Shown here: in pieces, positions 1 to 7,569 of the stretch | Position numbering within the stretch: position 1 is the first letter of the stretch | Layout: the number at the start of each line of letters is the position of its first letter | Source: Candidatus Latescibacterota bacterium | GTDB lineage: Bacteria; Latescibacterota; UBA2968; UBA8231 | Direction: 5' to 3' | DNA: 17,535 bases | Assembly (NCBI GenBank): GCA_965205655.1 | Contig: CBDBIJ010000021.1 | Span: 1-17,535, forward strand | Position numbers and translations under genes: made by a program | Notes under the pieces: model-generated | What the model was told of the DNA's origin: nothing | Seen by the model: the letters and a program-made list of their open reading frames with translations, nothing else | Databases searched by the model: none

Positions 1-1
1 G

Positions 2-1240
2 GTGCGGGGTCGACTCAAGATTGTGGAAATGTTTCCCGAGGGTGAGATGGTGGAGGTTGGCGATCTTCTCGTGCAGTTCGAGGAGACGGAGTTCAGAAAG
101 CGGCTCATGGACGCTGAACAGGCGGTCGAGGCGGCACAGGCAGAGCTCGTGAAGACCACAGCCACTCAGGAGGCGGAGATCGCGCGTCTGGAGGCGGACA
201 TCAAAGATCAGGAGGCCAATCTGCGGCTCGCCAGACTCCAGGTGGAGCGCACCAAGTTCGAAGCGAGCATCGAAAAGAACAAGGCGGAAATCGACGCTAA
301 AAAGGCGGAACTGAGCTACAACCAGTCCGCCAAGAAGCTGGAGTCGCAACGGGTGATAGACGGGGCCGATACCAGAAAACACGAGCTCGAGATTTCACGG
401 GCCGAAAGGGAGCATGAAAAAACCAAAAAGGAACTGGAGGGTATCATCATCAAGGCGGACAAGCCCGGGCTGGTGGTATACGGCAAGATCTGGAAGGGTG
501 CGCGGCCGGAGAAGGTCCGAGTCGGCGATGAGGTCTGGAGCGGGGTGAAGATTCTCTCCCTGCCGGACCTGTCGCGTATGCAAGTCAAAACCGCGGTCAA
601 CGAGGTCGACGTTGACAAGCTCAGAGTGGGCCAGGAGACACAGATCAAGCTGGATGCCCTGCCGGACCCCACCTTCCACGGCTCCATCACCAACGTTGCC
701 GCTCTGGGACGCGAGAAGGAGCGCGAGAAGAACGTCAAGGTATTCGACGTTACGGTGCTGCTCCACGAACAAGATACCCGTCTGAAACCGGGCATGACCG
801 CAACCGCCGAGATCACCATAGAAACAATTCCGCCACGCCCGACGGCGACGCAGCTCGACACGGCGGCAGAGGTGGCAGGCGGCGATTCAGCGCGAACTGA
901 TACGTCTCGGCCGTCAGCCGTGCATACAGCGGTGACGGCGGTGGACTCAGCACTGGCGACAGCCACGGCAGACACTGCCGCGGCCGTTCCCCTGCCGCTC
1001 TACATACCTCTGGATGCAGTATTCGAAAAGGACGGCGAGACCGTCGTCTACCTCTTGCGGGATGGCCATCCGGAGGAACAGAACGTGGTACTGGGCAAGA
1101 AGAACGACAACTACGTGATCGTCGAGGAGGGGCTCGAAGTCAATGATCGCATCACCCTGCGCGACCCGACGCTTGCCATGGACGATATCGGCGGCATCCC
1201 GGACGAAGGCAGCGAGACAGAGGCGCTGCAGGTAGAATAG
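2..1240 (+). CDS. Efflux periplasmic adaptor subunit (MacA/HlyD family membrane fusion protein), 5' partial
   Basis: Lipoyl half-motif (EGEMVEVGDLLVQF), long coiled-coil hairpin, second half-motif (IKADKPGLVVY), beta-barrel (VNEVDVDKLRVGQ...LKPGMTATAEI), MP domain (IPLDAVF...GLEVNDRI); stop abuts permease ATG; frame open at window edge. Confidence 0.9.
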   Translation: MRGRLKIVEMFPEGEMVEVGDLLVQFEETEFRKRLMDAEQAVEAAQAELVKTTATQEAEIARLEADIKDQEANLRLARLQVERTKFEASIEKNKAEIDAKKAELSYNQSAKKLESQRVIDGADTRKHELEISRAEREHEKTKKELEGIIIKADKPGLVVYGKIWKGARPEKVRVGDEVWSGVKILSLPDLSRMQVKTAVNEVDVDKLRVGQETQIKLDALPDPTFHGSITNVAALGREKEREKNVKVFDVTVLLHEQDTRLKPGMTATAEITIETIPPRPTATQLDTAAEVAGGDSARTDTSRPSAVHTAVTAVDSALATATADTAAAVPLPLYIPLDAVFEKDGETVVYLLRDGHPEEQNVVLGKKNDNYVIVEEGLEVNDRITLRDPTLAMDDIGGIPDEGSETEALQVE

Positions 1241-2491
1241 ATGCAACTGCGCGAGACCTTCTCCCTCAGTCTGGTTGGCCTCACATCGCACAAGCTGCGC
1301 ACTTGCCTGACTATGCTGGGAATCGTCTTCGGTGTGGCGGCGGTCATCGCCATGTTGTCCATAGGCGAGGGAGCCAAACAGGAAGCTCTCGATCAGATCG
1401 GCCAAATGGGTATCCACAACATCATCGTGCAGCACTGGGACAAGAACGAGGATGGAGAGGATGGCGCCGGTGAAGAAGCAGATCAGAACCTCTCCCCCGG
1501 TTTGACCTGGAACGATGCCATCGCCATTGCCGAGATCTGCCCGCTGGCACAATACGTTACGCCACAGCGGGAGATCAAGGTCAAGGCACAGGTGGGCAGC
1601 ACCACATTTCGGAGCATGGCCGTTGGAACGACGCCGGACTACTTCACCGTGCTGAACGCCAGAATGAACAGCGGCGTATTTCTTACCGACAACGATCTGA
1701 AGGAGGCAAGGCGCGTTTGCGTTCTCGGCAGCGATGCCAAGCGCGCCCTCTTTCTATTCGAGAATCCCGTCGGATCTCGCGTAAAAATCCGCAACCTGTG
1801 GTTCACAGTCGTCGGCGTCATCGAGGACAAGGGCGCTGCTGGCGGCAAGGTAGGCGGGGTGCTGGAAGTTCGAAATACCGACGAGGACATCTACGTGCCG
1901 CTGACTACGGTACTGCGCCGTTTCAAATGGGAACCCGGCGATGCCGAACTGACGCAAGTAACCATCAAGGTGCGGGAACCTGGACATCTGAAGGAAGGCG
2001 CCAACATAATTCGCGCTATTATCAACCGGCGTCACCGCGGCGTGGACGATTTCAAGATCGCCATTCCCGAAGAATTGCTGCGCCAGAGCCAGCGAACCCA
2101 GCGGATCTTCAACGTGGTCATGGGCTGCATCGCCGGCATCTCGCTGCTGGTTGGCGGCATCGGCATCATGAATATCATGCTGGCATCGGTGCTGGAGAGA
2201 ACGCACGAGATCGGCATTCGCCGGGCTCTGGGGGCTCGACGTCAGGACATCCTGGCCCAGTTCGTCATCGAAGCATTGCTGGTGAGTCTCATCGGTGGCG
2301 TCACCGGCATAGTCCTGGGTTATGCCATGCCTCAGGTCATCACCCTCTATGCCGGGTGGCGCACGATCGTTCAGCCCTGGACGATTGCTCTGGCGTTCGG
2401 GGTCTCCGCCGCCGTGGGCCTGGGATTCGGCATCTATCCCGCCCGCACAGCATCCCTGCTCAATCCCATCGATGCTCTCCGGTACGAGTAG
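1241..2491 (+). CDS. ABC transporter permease, MacB/FtsX family
   Basis: N-terminal KLRTCLTMLGIVFGVAAVIAM TM, periplasmic core, and signature GISLLVGGIGIMNIMLASVLERTHEIGIRRALGA...LNPIDALRYE; no fused ATPase domain. Confidence 0.95.
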   Translation: MQLRETFSLSLVGLTSHKLRTCLTMLGIVFGVAAVIAMLSIGEGAKQEALDQIGQMGIHNIIVQHWDKNEDGEDGAGEEADQNLSPGLTWNDAIAIAEICPLAQYVTPQREIKVKAQVGSTTFRSMAVGTTPDYFTVLNARMNSGVFLTDNDLKEARRVCVLGSDAKRALFLFENPVGSRVKIRNLWFTVVGVIEDKGAAGGKVGGVLEVRNTDEDIYVPLTTVLRRFKWEPGDAELTQVTIKVREPGHLKEGANIIRAIINRRHRGVDDFKIAIPEELLRQSQRTQRIFNVVMGCIAGISLLVGGIGIMNIMLASVLERTHEIGIRRALGARRQDILAQFVIEALLVSLIGGVTGIVLGYAMPQVITLYAGWRTIVQPWTIALAFGVSAAVGLGFGIYPARTASLLNPIDALRYE

Positions 2492-2504
2492 CCTCACGCG
2501 CTGG

Positions 2505-4199
2505 TTGAGGACCACCCTCGTATCATCGTCTCCTGCTTCGACCAGATACCGATCGGTTCCAGCTGTTCAACTGTTATCGGCTCTTCTACTTAACGCATGC
2601 AGTAGCGAGCCTTCGCAATCTCCGTCGGACAGTAGCATCCAATTCGTCGAAGTCGCACGGCAGGCCGGCATCGATTTTCAGCACTATAACGGTTCCCAGG
2701 GCGACTACTACTACGCTGAGACCTTTGGATCCGGGGCTGCCTTCTTCGACTACGACGGTGATGGCTGGCAGGACATCTATCTGATGAACGGGGCCTTTCT
2801 CGTAGGCGAGCGGCCGCCGTCACCGCCGGCGAACAGGCTCTATCGTAACGCCGGACCAGATGGGTTTGTGGATATGACTGCCTCAACCCGGGCCGGCCAC
2901 GAAGGCTACGGCATGGGATGCGCTGCAGGCGACTACGACAACGACGGCGACCAGGATCTGTTCATCACCAACTATGGACCCAACGCGTTCCTGCAGAACG
3001 ACGGGTCGGGTTCCTTCTCGGATGTGACCGAGACCGCGGCAGTGGGTGACCCGCGCTGGGGTACCAGTTGCGGCTTTCTCGATTTCGATCGGGACGGCGA
3101 CCTCGATCTGTTCGCGGTCAACTACGTACACTCCTCGCCGAACCGCAATCCAGTATGCATGCAGGGCGAGGTCAGGACCTACTGCGAGCCTACGTCGTAC
3201 GAACCAACGCTCGACATTCTATTCCGCAATGACGGCGACCGTTTCGTAGATGTGTCCGCCGAAATGGGCATTACATTGGTAGGGCGAGGTTTGGGTCTCG
3301 CCCTTTTCGATTACGATCGAGATGGCGATACCGATATCTACGTGGCCAACGATGGCGACATGAATTTCCTCTACGAAAACAGAGATGGCGGTTTCAACGA
3401 CAGTGGCATGCAGACCTGGAGCAGTCACAACCGCCAGGGCCGCGCCGAAGCCGGTATGGGAGTGGATTTCGGGGACTTCAACAACGACGGTTACCAGGAC
3501 CTGTTTGTGTCCAATTTCTCCCTGGAGACCAATACACTCTACCGCAATGATGGCGGGGCCCAGTTCGGCGACATAAGCGATCGCCTCGGCCTGGAGGAAG
3601 TCAGTTTCATGCCCCTCGGATTTGGTGCCAAGTTCCTGGATTACGACAACGATGGCGACGTGGATCTTTTCGTGGCCAACGGTCACGTCCTGGACCAGGT
3701 GGCGCAATTGGATTCGACGCTTTCTTATGCACAGCTCAATCAGATGCTGCGCAACGACGGCGGCTCACGATTCACCGATGTGTCAGCACATCTGGGGTCT
3801 GGTTTTGAGTGCGAGAACGTGGGACGGGGCGCCGCGGCAGCTGACTACGACAACGATGGTGACGTTGATCTTCTGGTGACTTCAGAGGCGGGACGGCCGT
3901 CCCTCTTGCGCAACGAGGGGGGCAATGCAAGGCACTGGCTGCTGATCCATCTGGTAGGCAAACATCAGCGCGACGCATTGGGCGCGCGCGTCGAGGTGGT
4001 GGCCGGCGGCACGCGGCAGGTGAAGGAGCGCCAATCGGGCGGCAGCTATCTTTCCAGCCACGATCCCCGTCTGCATTTCGGACTCGGAGAGGTCACTCGG
4101 GCCGACGTGAAGGTGCATTGGCCCGACGGTACGACACAGAGCGTGACGAAAGTACAGGCGGACCAGATTCTACGCGTCGTGCAGGGCGGTCCTCAGTGA
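2505..4199 (+). CDS. CRTAC1-family protein (FG-GAP/VCBS repeats + C-terminal ASPIC/UnbV domain), probable lipoprotein
   Basis: Seven D(Y/F)(D/N)xDG Ca-binding repeats; C-terminal GGSYLSSHDPRLHFGLG...WPDG UnbV motif; lipobox-like LLSALLLNAC. Start uncertain: the track start at 2322 overlaps the permease, so the in-frame TTG at 2505 was chosen. Confidence 0.88.
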   Translation: MRTTLVSSSPASTRYRSVPAVQLLSALLLNACSSEPSQSPSDSSIQFVEVARQAGIDFQHYNGSQGDYYYAETFGSGAAFFDYDGDGWQDIYLMNGAFLVGERPPSPPANRLYRNAGPDGFVDMTASTRAGHEGYGMGCAAGDYDNDGDQDLFITNYGPNAFLQNDGSGSFSDVTETAAVGDPRWGTSCGFLDFDRDGDLDLFAVNYVHSSPNRNPVCMQGEVRTYCEPTSYEPTLDILFRNDGDRFVDVSAEMGITLVGRGLGLALFDYDRDGDTDIYVANDGDMNFLYENRDGGFNDSGMQTWSSHNRQGRAEAGMGVDFGDFNNDGYQDLFVSNFSLETNTLYRNDGGAQFGDISDRLGLEEVSFMPLGFGAKFLDYDNDGDVDLFVANGHVLDQVAQLDSTLSYAQLNQMLRNDGGSRFTDVSAHLGSGFECENVGRGAAAADYDNDGDVDLLVTSEAGRPSLLRNEGGNARHWLLIHLVGKHQRDALGARVEVVAGGTRQVKERQSGGSYLSSHDPRLHFGLGEVTRADVKVHWPDGTTQSVTKVQADQILRVVQGGPQ

Positions 4200-4266
4200 G
4201 GTTGACAATCGTTCGAGCCAAGCGTAAGTAAAGTTTGGCATCAACAACGGAAACTCCTCCCAACCA

Positions 4267-4695
4267 ATGGCTGAACCCAACGAAAATTTGGAAACGTTGA
4301 CTATCGGAGAAGTCGCCGACCGCACCGGCGTCGCCGCGTCGGCTCTGCGCTACTACGAGCGCGAGGGGTTGATTCCGAAACCGAGACGCCGCGGGGGCAA
4401 GCGCGTCTGGCTCGAAGACGTCGTAGACCGCCTGGCCCTGATCGGCCTCGCCAAATCCGCCGGCTTTACGGTGTCGGAGATCCGGACGCTCTCGACCGTC
4501 TCGCCAAGTACAGCGCCCGGGCCACGTTGGCGCCGGCTCGCCGAAACAAAGCTCGACGAGCTGGAACAAAGCATCGCCCGCATCGAGATGATGAGACGCG
4601 TCCTGGGCACCATGTCCAGCTGCGACTGCCCCACTCTCGCCGAATGCGGCCGCGCAATCCGCCGGCGATTCGGTCCCTTCGAAAAAAACTCTTGA
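4267..4695 (+). CDS. MerR-family transcriptional regulator, SoxR-like
   Basis: HTH LTIGEVADRTGVAASALRYYEREGLI; AGFTVSEIR; dimerisation helix; C-terminal CDCPTLAEC cluster. Confidence 0.92.
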   Translation: MAEPNENLETLTIGEVADRTGVAASALRYYEREGLIPKPRRRGGKRVWLEDVVDRLALIGLAKSAGFTVSEIRTLSTVSPSTAPGPRWRRLAETKLDELEQSIARIEMMRRVLGTMSSCDCPTLAECGRAIRRRFGPFEKNS

Positions 4696-4722
4696 CTTGA
4701 AGTGCGCTTCAAGTAGTACGCT
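4692..4722 (+). promoter_or_regulatory. MerR-type promoter/operator: -35 TTGACT, 19-bp spacer, -10 TACGCT, with dyad ACTTGAAG-TGCG-CTTCAAGT
   Basis: TTGACT 4692-4697, TACGCT 4717-4722, perfect 8-bp inverted repeat 4695-4702/4707-4714; followed by SD GGAGGAG (4744-4750) and GTG at 4755. Confidence 0.9.
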
Positions 4723-4754
4723 CCCTTCAGACCACTCAAACCTGGAGGAGCATT

Positions 4755-5367
4755 GTGAACGAGGTTTCGACAACTACCCATCCGACCGACGCTGCGGCCG
4801 AGATGGCCAGCGGCTGCTCGCTTTCTCCCGAGGCTCTACAAGGGCGCTTGTCATGGATCCGGGATGAAATCTTGCCCCATGCCGTCACGACTGAGCGCGC
4901 CGATGATGGCATCACCTGGGAGCTCGACGACGCCCCCGGCCTCGCCGCCAGGCTCGACCAACTGGTCGCCCTCGAAAGACAGTGGTTGCCCCGGACTCCA
5001 GCTTGCGCACGCCACTGACCCGTCTACCGGTCGGCGTCGACTCCAGGTCGCCGGCATCGACCCTGACGCTGCGATCTTCACCTCACTGCAAGTCGAAGCG
5101 AAAAGACGGCCCCCGCTGGGCGGCCGGGTCGCGAAGGCGGCAGGTTTTGGAGCCGTTGCAAGCCTGCTCCTCTGCTGCGTAATCCCGCTTTCCGCTGCCG
5201 CCATTCTCGGCACCGCCGCGGCGACCGATTTCAAGCAGCTCGAGAACCCTGTTGTGCTCGCGGGGTTTGCGTTGGTATTCGGCGTCGCGGGGTTTGCGTT
5301 GGTATTCGGCGTCGCGGGGTTTGCATGGTTGGGCCGCAGGCGCGCTACGACCAGGTGCTCCTGTTAG
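4755..5367 (+). pseudogene. Frameshifted Cys-rich protein: soluble N-terminal domain (GCSL...ERQCC) fused to a MerT/MerF-like TM segment (ASLLLCCVIP) and terminal CSC
   Basis: ORFs 4755..5018 and 4864..5367 join into one 203-aa frame if one G of GG at 4984-4985 is removed (GAA AGA CAG TGT TGC CCC = ERQCCP). Could be a sequencing error rather than a true pseudogene. Confidence 0.7.
5258..5324 (+). repeat. 27-bp perfect tandem repeat, about 2.5 copies (AGFALVFGV x2)
   Basis: TCGCGGGGTTTGCGTTGGTATTCGGCG at 5258-5284 and 5285-5311, plus 13 nt partial copy to 5324. Confidence 0.95.
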
Positions 5368-5392
5368 CAGAGGTGGCCGCGACAGCCGTTGA

Positions 5393-5421
5393 TTGACAGG
5401 TCCACGGCCGGTGAATACCAT
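5393..5421 (+). promoter_or_regulatory. Sigma70-type promoter for the Gfo/Idh/MocA gene
   Basis: TTGACA (5393-5398), 17-nt spacer, TACCAT (5416-5421). Confidence 0.65.
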
Positions 5422-5437
5422 CATACGCATACAATTA

Positions 5438-5471
5438 AAGTTTCGCCTGAAATTTCGCCTGAAGTTTCGCC
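5438..5471 (+). repeat. 12-bp direct repeat, about 3 copies (AARTTTCGCCTG)
   Basis: AAGTTTCGCCTG AAATTTCGCCTG AAGTTTCGCC in the predicted 5' UTR. Confidence 0.9.
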
Positions 5472-5516
5472 GCGACTCACAGAAACTGAACCCGGAGAAG
5501 AGACGAGGATCCGCCA

Positions 5517-6620
5517 ATGACAGTGCGAATTGGAGTCGTGGGTTGCGGCGCCATCGCCCAGGTGCAGCACCTGCCCAATCTGCTCGAGCTCGACGAGGAG
5601 TTCGAAGTGGTCGCCGTATGCGATCTTTCGGCCGATCTGGCCGCATACGCTGCGAAGCGCTTCAAGGTCCCCAACCACCTCACCAGCCTCGAGGCTCTTT
5701 TGAACGCGGACATCGACGCGGTGATGCTTTGCCACACGAGTGGCAATCAGGAGACGGTGGTCGCAGCGTTCGCAGCTGGCAAGCATGTACTGGTGGAAAA
5801 GCCCGTCGCGTCCTCCTTGCAGGAGATCGACCGCATGATCGCGGCGCAGGAGATGGCCGGCAAGGTTGGGCAGGCGGCGTACATGAAGATCTACGACCCT
5901 GCCTTCCTGATGGCCAAACAGGAGATCGACGCCATGGACGATTACCACTTCGTCCAGATCAATCACCTGCACCCTCACAACGAGCTGCACCTGGCGCAGT
6001 TTCGCCTGCGCTACTTCGACGACGTGCCCGCCTCTGCTGCCGAAGAGCGCCGACGAGAATCGCAGGCGCGCATGGAGGAGGCGTTCGGAGATCTTGCTGA
6101 CGAAGCGCAGCGCTACAGCATCTCTTTCGGCCTCATTCACGATCTATACAGCCTGCGCGGCATGCTCGGAGTGCCGAGCGCCGTGATCAGCACCGAGATC
6201 TGGCACGGCGACCGGGCGATCAATACCCTGCTCGAGTTTCCCAACGGTGCCCGCTGCGCCCTGTCGCGCGTGGATATGGGGGACTTGTGGGACTTCAGGG
6301 AGACGCTGGAAGTGTACGGCGAAAACAGACGCGTGCTTCTGTCCTATTGCACGGGCTTCTCGCGCCGAGTGCTGTCAGAGCTGGTCATCCAGGGAATCGA
6401 CGAGAACGGCGTGAGCTATCGCAACAAGCCCGCGATTCCCTGGGAGAGTGCCTTCACGGCTGAGCTCAAACATTTTCACGAATGCATTGCCAACGGCACC
6501 GAGTGCCGCTCGTCCCTGGCGGACGTCCGGCACGACGTTTCCTTGAGCATAGACATCGCCAAGGTCGGCATTACGGGCGAGTCCATTCGCGACCGGTTGA
6601 GCGTCGCTGCGTCCCGGTGA
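5517..6620 (+). CDS. Gfo/Idh/MocA family NAD(P)-dependent oxidoreductase
   Basis: RIGVVGCGAIA Rossmann motif, VVAVCD, AGKHVLVEKP motif, LIHDL; SD GAGGA upstream. Confidence 0.92.
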   Translation: MTVRIGVVGCGAIAQVQHLPNLLELDEEFEVVAVCDLSADLAAYAAKRFKVPNHLTSLEALLNADIDAVMLCHTSGNQETVVAAFAAGKHVLVEKPVASSLQEIDRMIAAQEMAGKVGQAAYMKIYDPAFLMAKQEIDAMDDYHFVQINHLHPHNELHLAQFRLRYFDDVPASAAEERRRESQARMEEAFGDLADEAQRYSISFGLIHDLYSLRGMLGVPSAVISTEIWHGDRAINTLLEFPNGARCALSRVDMGDLWDFRETLEVYGENRRVLLSYCTGFSRRVLSELVIQGIDENGVSYRNKPAIPWESAFTAELKHFHECIANGTECRSSLADVRHDVSLSIDIAKVGITGESIRDRLSVAASR

Positions 6621-6681
6621 CGGCTATTATCGGACATAGTCGGAAGGGCCGGCCGACCGAAGCCCGGCGCCTCGCCCGGCG

Positions 6682-7473
6682 TCAGTCGAACCCGGGCAAC
6701 GTCAAGGCACCGACGACGCGCTGCGCATGGTCGATCAAAGAGCCCGTCATTACGCCGGACTCGTCGCTGAGCAGATACGCGCAGAGCCGGGCGACGTCGA
6801 TCGGCTTGATCAGGCGGCCGAAGGCGGATTCCCTTTCGCCGATCTCCAGCCAATTTTCTGGGCGTCCCATTTTTCGCTGCACGACGTGCTCGCCCGGAGT
6901 ATCCGTCCAGCCGAGATTGATACCGTTCACACGAATGCGGTCCTTGCGCAAGGCCTCCGCGCAGTTTTTTGTGAACGTCTTCAACGCCCCCTTCGTCGAA
7001 CTGTATGCACAGATGAAGGGCATACCGCAGTAGGCTGCCACCGACAGAATGTTGACGATCGACCCCGATACGCGCTCGCGCTTCATGATCCGCACGACTT
7101 CCTGAGTGAGGATAAACGGGGCGCGGACGTTGACCGCGAACAGGTGGTCCCAGAATTCGACCGTGGTGCTATCGAGCGTTCCTCGATTCGTGTCGGCGGC
7201 AGAATTCACCAGTCCGTCGATTCGTCCGAATCGTTCGTCACAGGCTCGCACGACATTGCGGCAATCTTCTTCCCGTGACAGGTCTGCCTCGACGTACACA
7301 CACGCACATCCTTTCCCTTCCACGGCGGCAGCCACGGCTTCCCCCTTCTCCACCTGGCGTCCACAAATCACAATTCCGGCGGCTCCGTGCTCCGCGGCGT
7401 GGATCGCCGTTGCCTCGCCGAGACCCTGCGTACCTCCGGTCACAATGATGACCTTGTCGTCAACTCTCGCCAT
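6682..7473 (-). CDS. Classical short-chain dehydrogenase/reductase (SDR)
   Basis: TGGTQGLG cofactor motif, LVNSAA, catalytic YSSTK, IRVNGINLGWTDT. Confidence 0.95.
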   Translation of the reverse strand: MARVDDKVIIVTGGTQGLGEATAIHAAEHGAAGIVICGRQVEKGEAVAAAVEGKGCACVYVEADLSREEDCRNVVRACDERFGRIDGLVNSAADTNRGTLDSTTVEFWDHLFAVNVRAPFILTQEVVRIMKRERVSGSIVNILSVAAYCGMPFICAYSSTKGALKTFTKNCAEALRKDRIRVNGINLGWTDTPGEHVVQRKMGRPENWLEIGERESAFGRLIKPIDVARLCAYLLSDESGVMTGSLIDHAQRVVGALTLPGFD

Positions 7474-7476
7474 CGA

Positions 7477-7542
7477 TTAGACCTTGTTGGGAAATGATGT
7501 GGGCTTCCCCAGCCACTGCTCGATCTGGGCGGCGTCAGCCAT
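7477..7542 (-). CDS. Putative 21-aa small ORF (MADAAQIEQWLGKPTSFPNKV)
   Basis: ATG at 7542 with AAAGGA 6 nt upstream; TAA ends 3 nt before the SDR ATG; fills the intergenic gap. No family recognised. Confidence 0.35.
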   Translation of the reverse strand: MADAAQIEQWLGKPTSFPNKV

Positions 7543-7569
7543 GGTCAGTCCTTTGTGTGAAGGGAGACG

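Noticed and set aside
2322..2504. N-terminal extension of the CRTAC1 ORF
   Set aside because: Overlaps the conserved permease C-terminus by 170 nt and would bury the lipoprotein signal.
316..2515. Several 200-260 aa alternative-frame and antisense ORFs over the MacAB genes
   Set aside because: Fully overlap well-supported genes; Arg/Ser/Pro-rich or shadow-like composition.
4202..4234. TTGACA upstream of the MerR gene as a promoter
   Set aside because: Perfect -35, but the 17-nt-spaced hexamer is TAAGTA and TAAAGT is 21 nt away; too weak to call.
4267..4695. Assigning the symbol soxR or merR
   Set aside because: Lacks one of four SoxR cysteines and the Cys arrangement of true MerR; no merA/merP nearby.
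4975..4995. Programmed frameshift or phase variation at the ERQCC junction
   Set aside because: No slippery heptamer or long homopolymer; a simple 1-nt insertion explains it.
5258..5471. Short repeats as a CRISPR array or iterons
   Set aside because: Repeats are contiguous with no spacers; no cas or rep genes in the window.
6621..6681. Terminator between the convergent oxidoreductase and SDR genes
   Set aside because: Only short GC stems (GTCGG...CCGAC) and no U-tract on either strand.
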